From: an uncultured Desulfarculus sp.
GTDB taxonomy: Bacteria > Desulfobacterota > Desulfarculia > Desulfarculales > Desulfarculaceae
Direction: 5' to 3'
Length of the DNA: 64,000 nt
Assembly (NCBI GenBank): GCA_963665125.2
Contig: CAXXUK010000001.1
Location: forward strand, 320,001-384,000
The notes under the pieces are model-generated. The model was not told the DNA's origin, searched no databases, and saw only the letters and a list, made by a program, of their open reading frames with translations. Position numbers and translations under genes: made by a program. Below, piece by piece: positions 61,780 through 64,000 of the stretch (position 1 is its first letter; each line of letters opens with the position of its first letter).

Positions 61780-62624
61780 GGCCGCACCTTCCTTCCGGTC
61801 ATGCGGATAAAGACATCCTCGAGGTTGATCCGGCGGATCATCACGGGCTCCTGGATGGTGGCCGCGTATTCCGAGGCCTTTTCGCGGCTTTCGAAAAACC
61901 AGCTTTGACCGTTGCCGTCGACCTGCTCCACCACGTGGCTGCCCGCTCCGGCCAGTAGGTTGGCCGGGCTGTCCAGGGCGATTAACTTGCCGTGATCGAT
62001 GATGCCCACCCTGTGGCACAGAGCCTCGGCCTCCTCGATGTAATGGGTGGTGAGCATGATGGTGATCCCGGCCTGGTGGCTGCGGCGGATCAGGTCCCAG
62101 ATGCGGCGGCGGGTCTGGGCGTCCAGGCCCACGGTGGGCTCGTCCAGAAACAGGACCTTCGGCTCATGGAGCATGGCCCTGGCGATCATCAGGCGGCGCT
62201 TGAACCCGCCCGAGAGCTGCCGGGCCGGATCATTACGGCGCTTGGCCAAACCGACGAATTCAAGCAACTTTTCAATGCGCTCTTCCCGGGGGGTGACCGG
62301 CATCTTGTGCAACATGGCGTGAATCCTGAGGTTGGCGTAGACGCTCAGTTCGCCGTCGACATTGGTGTGCTGGGCCACAACGCCCATGCCGCTTTTGGCC
62401 TGAACCGCCTGGTTCACCACATCAAAGCCCGAGACCGACGCCGTGCCCGAGGTGGGCTTGGTCAGGGTGGTCAGGATGCGGCAGGTCGTTGTCTTGCCCG
62501 CGCCGTTGGGCCCCAAAAAACCGAATATCTCGCCCCGGCCAACGGCCAGGTCCAGGCCGTCAAGGGCCCTGGTTTTGCCGTAAAACTTGGTCAGGTTATG
62601 GGTCTGGATCACTGGTTGATTCAT
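61776..62624 (-). CDS. ABC exporter ATPase (DrrA/NodI-like)
   Basis: GPNGAGKTT, LSGGFKRR, LDEPTVGLD, TTHYIEEAE and NLEDVF motifs. Confidence 0.94.
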   Translation of the reverse strand: MNQPVIQTHNLTKFYGKTRALDGLDLAVGRGEIFGFLGPNGAGKTTTCRILTTLTKPTSGTASVSGFDVVNQAVQAKSGMGVVAQHTNVDGELSVYANLRIHAMLHKMPVTPREERIEKLLEFVGLAKRRNDPARQLSGGFKRRLMIARAMLHEPKVLFLDEPTVGLDAQTRRRIWDLIRRSHQAGITIMLTTHYIEEAEALCHRVGIIDHGKLIALDSPANLLAGAGSHVVEQVDGNGQSWFFESREKASEYAATIQEPVMIRRINLEDVFIRMTGRKVRP

Positions 62625-62639
62625 TGACTAACCTCAATC

Positions 62640-62670
62640 AAAAACCGGACTCCGTTAATGGAGAGTCCGG
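62640..62670 (-). terminator. Attenuator terminator of riboswitch 2
   Basis: Minus strand reads ccggactctccattaacggagtccgg-ttttt, just upstream of the RBS. Confidence 0.8.
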
Positions 62671-62746
62671 CGATGTCCCGTTTGTCCGCGTGAACTCATT
62701 GGCCGCGCCCATCCGTTCCCCGGGATGGACCGGTCTTTTGTGTTGT

Positions 62747-62908
62747 GGGCAGGTTGGTCTTCTGGCTTCCGGATCGTCCCATTTGCCGCGCCTTCCCGGC
62801 CCCTTGGGCCAGTGGCGTTTTTTGCGGCTTTGGTCCCCGGTTACAGCGGCGGGCCCGCTCCCGATTTGCACGGGATTCCCAATTAAGCGCTCAGGGCGCC
62901 TGCCTCCA
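62747..62908 (-). ncRNA. Cobalamin riboswitch 2 (intra-operonic)
   Basis: Minus strand reads aattgggaatcccgtgcaaatcgggagcgggcccgccgctgtaa...gccactg...gggaaggc...aagccagaagacc. Confidence 0.95.
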
Positions 62909-62924
62909 CGAACTTGCTGGTGTG

Positions 62925-63830
62925 TTAGGCCACCTCCGCCTGCAAATCGATGCCCGCGTCCGCAGCGCAGTCCATGATGTTTTGCACGTAGATCCCGGCC
63001 CAGGCGTTGTTTTCGCCTAGACCCTGCAATTGGCACTCAACCTCGAAACCCTCACCGGTCAGGATCGAACACCACGAGTCGTCCTCGTCTCCGGCCATGT
63101 CGTCCCTGGCGTGCACTCCGGCCACCACCATCAGAGGCTTCAACAACACCCTCCGGGCGCCCCATTCTCCCAGGCGCCCGGCAATGTAATTGGCGTCGAA
63201 CATGCCTTCCACCGCGCCGATTTCGATAATCACGTCCGGATGGCGTTCTTTGAGTATCTGCTGCATCTCGTGGTACACGCCGGTGCTGAAGACGTGGTTG
63301 CCGTGGCCCACGTAGACCAGGGCCGCGCCTTTGTCCCTGGCCGCCTGCACGTCTTGGTCCAAAGCATCCGCGGCCCGCTTGATGTCATCCATGTAGGGAT
63401 GCAGGACCCCCGGCGCGCCCAGGGCCGGACGGCCCAGGGCCACCTTGTTGAACGGCCGCCATTTGGTCTTGATCGTCTCTATGCCCGACAGGGCCGACAC
63501 GTATTTGCTCAGGTCGTGGTATTCCTCGCCCGCGTAGATATGCAGCGGTTGGACGATCTGGTTCTTGTATCCCCGGTCCTGCAAATCGGCCATGGTGGCC
63601 AGGGTGCCTTTGATGTTGCGCACGTAATCCGGCGTGTCCGGGTTGTCCTTGAGCCACTGGCCGTCGGCAAGCCGCTTTTGCCAGATGGAGCGGACGATGT
63701 TCGAGGTGAAGCAGACCTCCACCGGGCAGTCGAAAGCCCCTTGGACCTTTTGGACGATGTTGCTGATGCCGGCCAAGGCCTCGGGGATGCTGGCCCCGAA
63801 CGCGGCCAGGACGATGGCTGGCTTATCCAT
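62925..63830 (-). CDS. cbiK: Sirohydrochlorin cobaltochelatase (cytoplasmic)
   Basis: IVLAAFGAS, FTSNIVR, QPLHIYAGEEY, VGHG, GAVEG, PLMVVAGVHARDDMAG and GLGEN motifs. Confidence 0.93.
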   Translation of the reverse strand: MDKPAIVLAAFGASIPEALAGISNIVQKVQGAFDCPVEVCFTSNIVRSIWQKRLADGQWLKDNPDTPDYVRNIKGTLATMADLQDRGYKNQIVQPLHIYAGEEYHDLSKYVSALSGIETIKTKWRPFNKVALGRPALGAPGVLHPYMDDIKRAADALDQDVQAARDKGAALVYVGHGNHVFSTGVYHEMQQILKERHPDVIIEIGAVEGMFDANYIAGRLGEWGARRVLLKPLMVVAGVHARDDMAGDEDDSWCSILTGEGFEVECQLQGLGENNAWAGIYVQNIMDCAADAGIDLQAEVA

Positions 63831-64000
63831 TTTCCACCTCCGTCAATTTGCCGTTGCCGTATTTGGCCAGATAGCCCCTGGGCGTGACCATGGCCCCCAT
63901 GTGCCGGAAGCTGTTGCTGTTGCCGATGATCATGATGCTGGCCATGTCCACCTCGGCGTTTTCCGCCGTGGACAGGGTATGGAGTTCGACGCTTTGTTCG
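63823..64000 (-). CDS. cbiH: Cobalt-precorrin-3B C17-methyltransferase, 3' end (runs off the window)
   Basis: Manual translation ...VDMASIMIIGNSNSF...MVTPRGY...; overlaps the cbiK start. Confidence 0.85.
   Translation of the reverse strand, partial: EQSVELHTLSTAENAEVDMASIMIIGNSNSFRHMGAMVTPRGYLAKYGNGKLTEVENG

Noticed and set aside
62656..62700. 14-codon leader ORF (MSSRGQTGHRRTLH) as a radical SAM precursor peptide
   Set aside because: It has no RBS and lies within the riboswitch expression platform and terminator.

Overview
GC-rich window from an anaerobic Gram-negative bacterium. The gene content is typical of sulfate-reducing Desulfobacterota; this taxonomy is inferred. From left to right: a partial old-yellow-enzyme oxidoreductase and maeB. 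Next, a GntR plus stand-alone corrinoid-protein pair, divergent from a complete corrinoid methyl-transfer operon (DUF1638, methyl-THF methyltransferase, corrinoid protein, UroD-family methyltransferase, outer-membrane channel, RACo/ASKHA activator). Then a selenocysteine formate dehydrogenase (split in the ORF track), a TetR/PNPOx pair, uncharacterised secreted proteins including a 1313-aa discoidin/2xVWA protein, a divergent QueG-like enzyme and an imuB-dnaE2 cassette. Then a NarL-type regulator with three tandem soluble PAS kinases, an IS5, a methyltransferase and an HD-GYP protein. Then an iron-uptake region (DUF2325, unannotated small ORFs, feoAB, His-tipped periplasmic proteins, porin, GGDEF protein, flavodoxin). 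Last, two convergent cobalamin-riboswitch-controlled units ending in cbiK and partial cbiH. Two candidates stand out as possibly undescribed systems. (1) A B12-regulated operon joins an ABC exporter, a TonB receptor, a radical SAM/SPASM enzyme, CobN, a degenerate CcsA/CcsB (ResC/ResB) pair and a Btu-type importer. (2) A sequence-derived regulon has three identically spaced activator-box promoters driving the response regulator, an HD-GYP gene and an unannotated ~70-nt two-hairpin sRNA candidate. No tRNA, rRNA or CRISPR array was seen.
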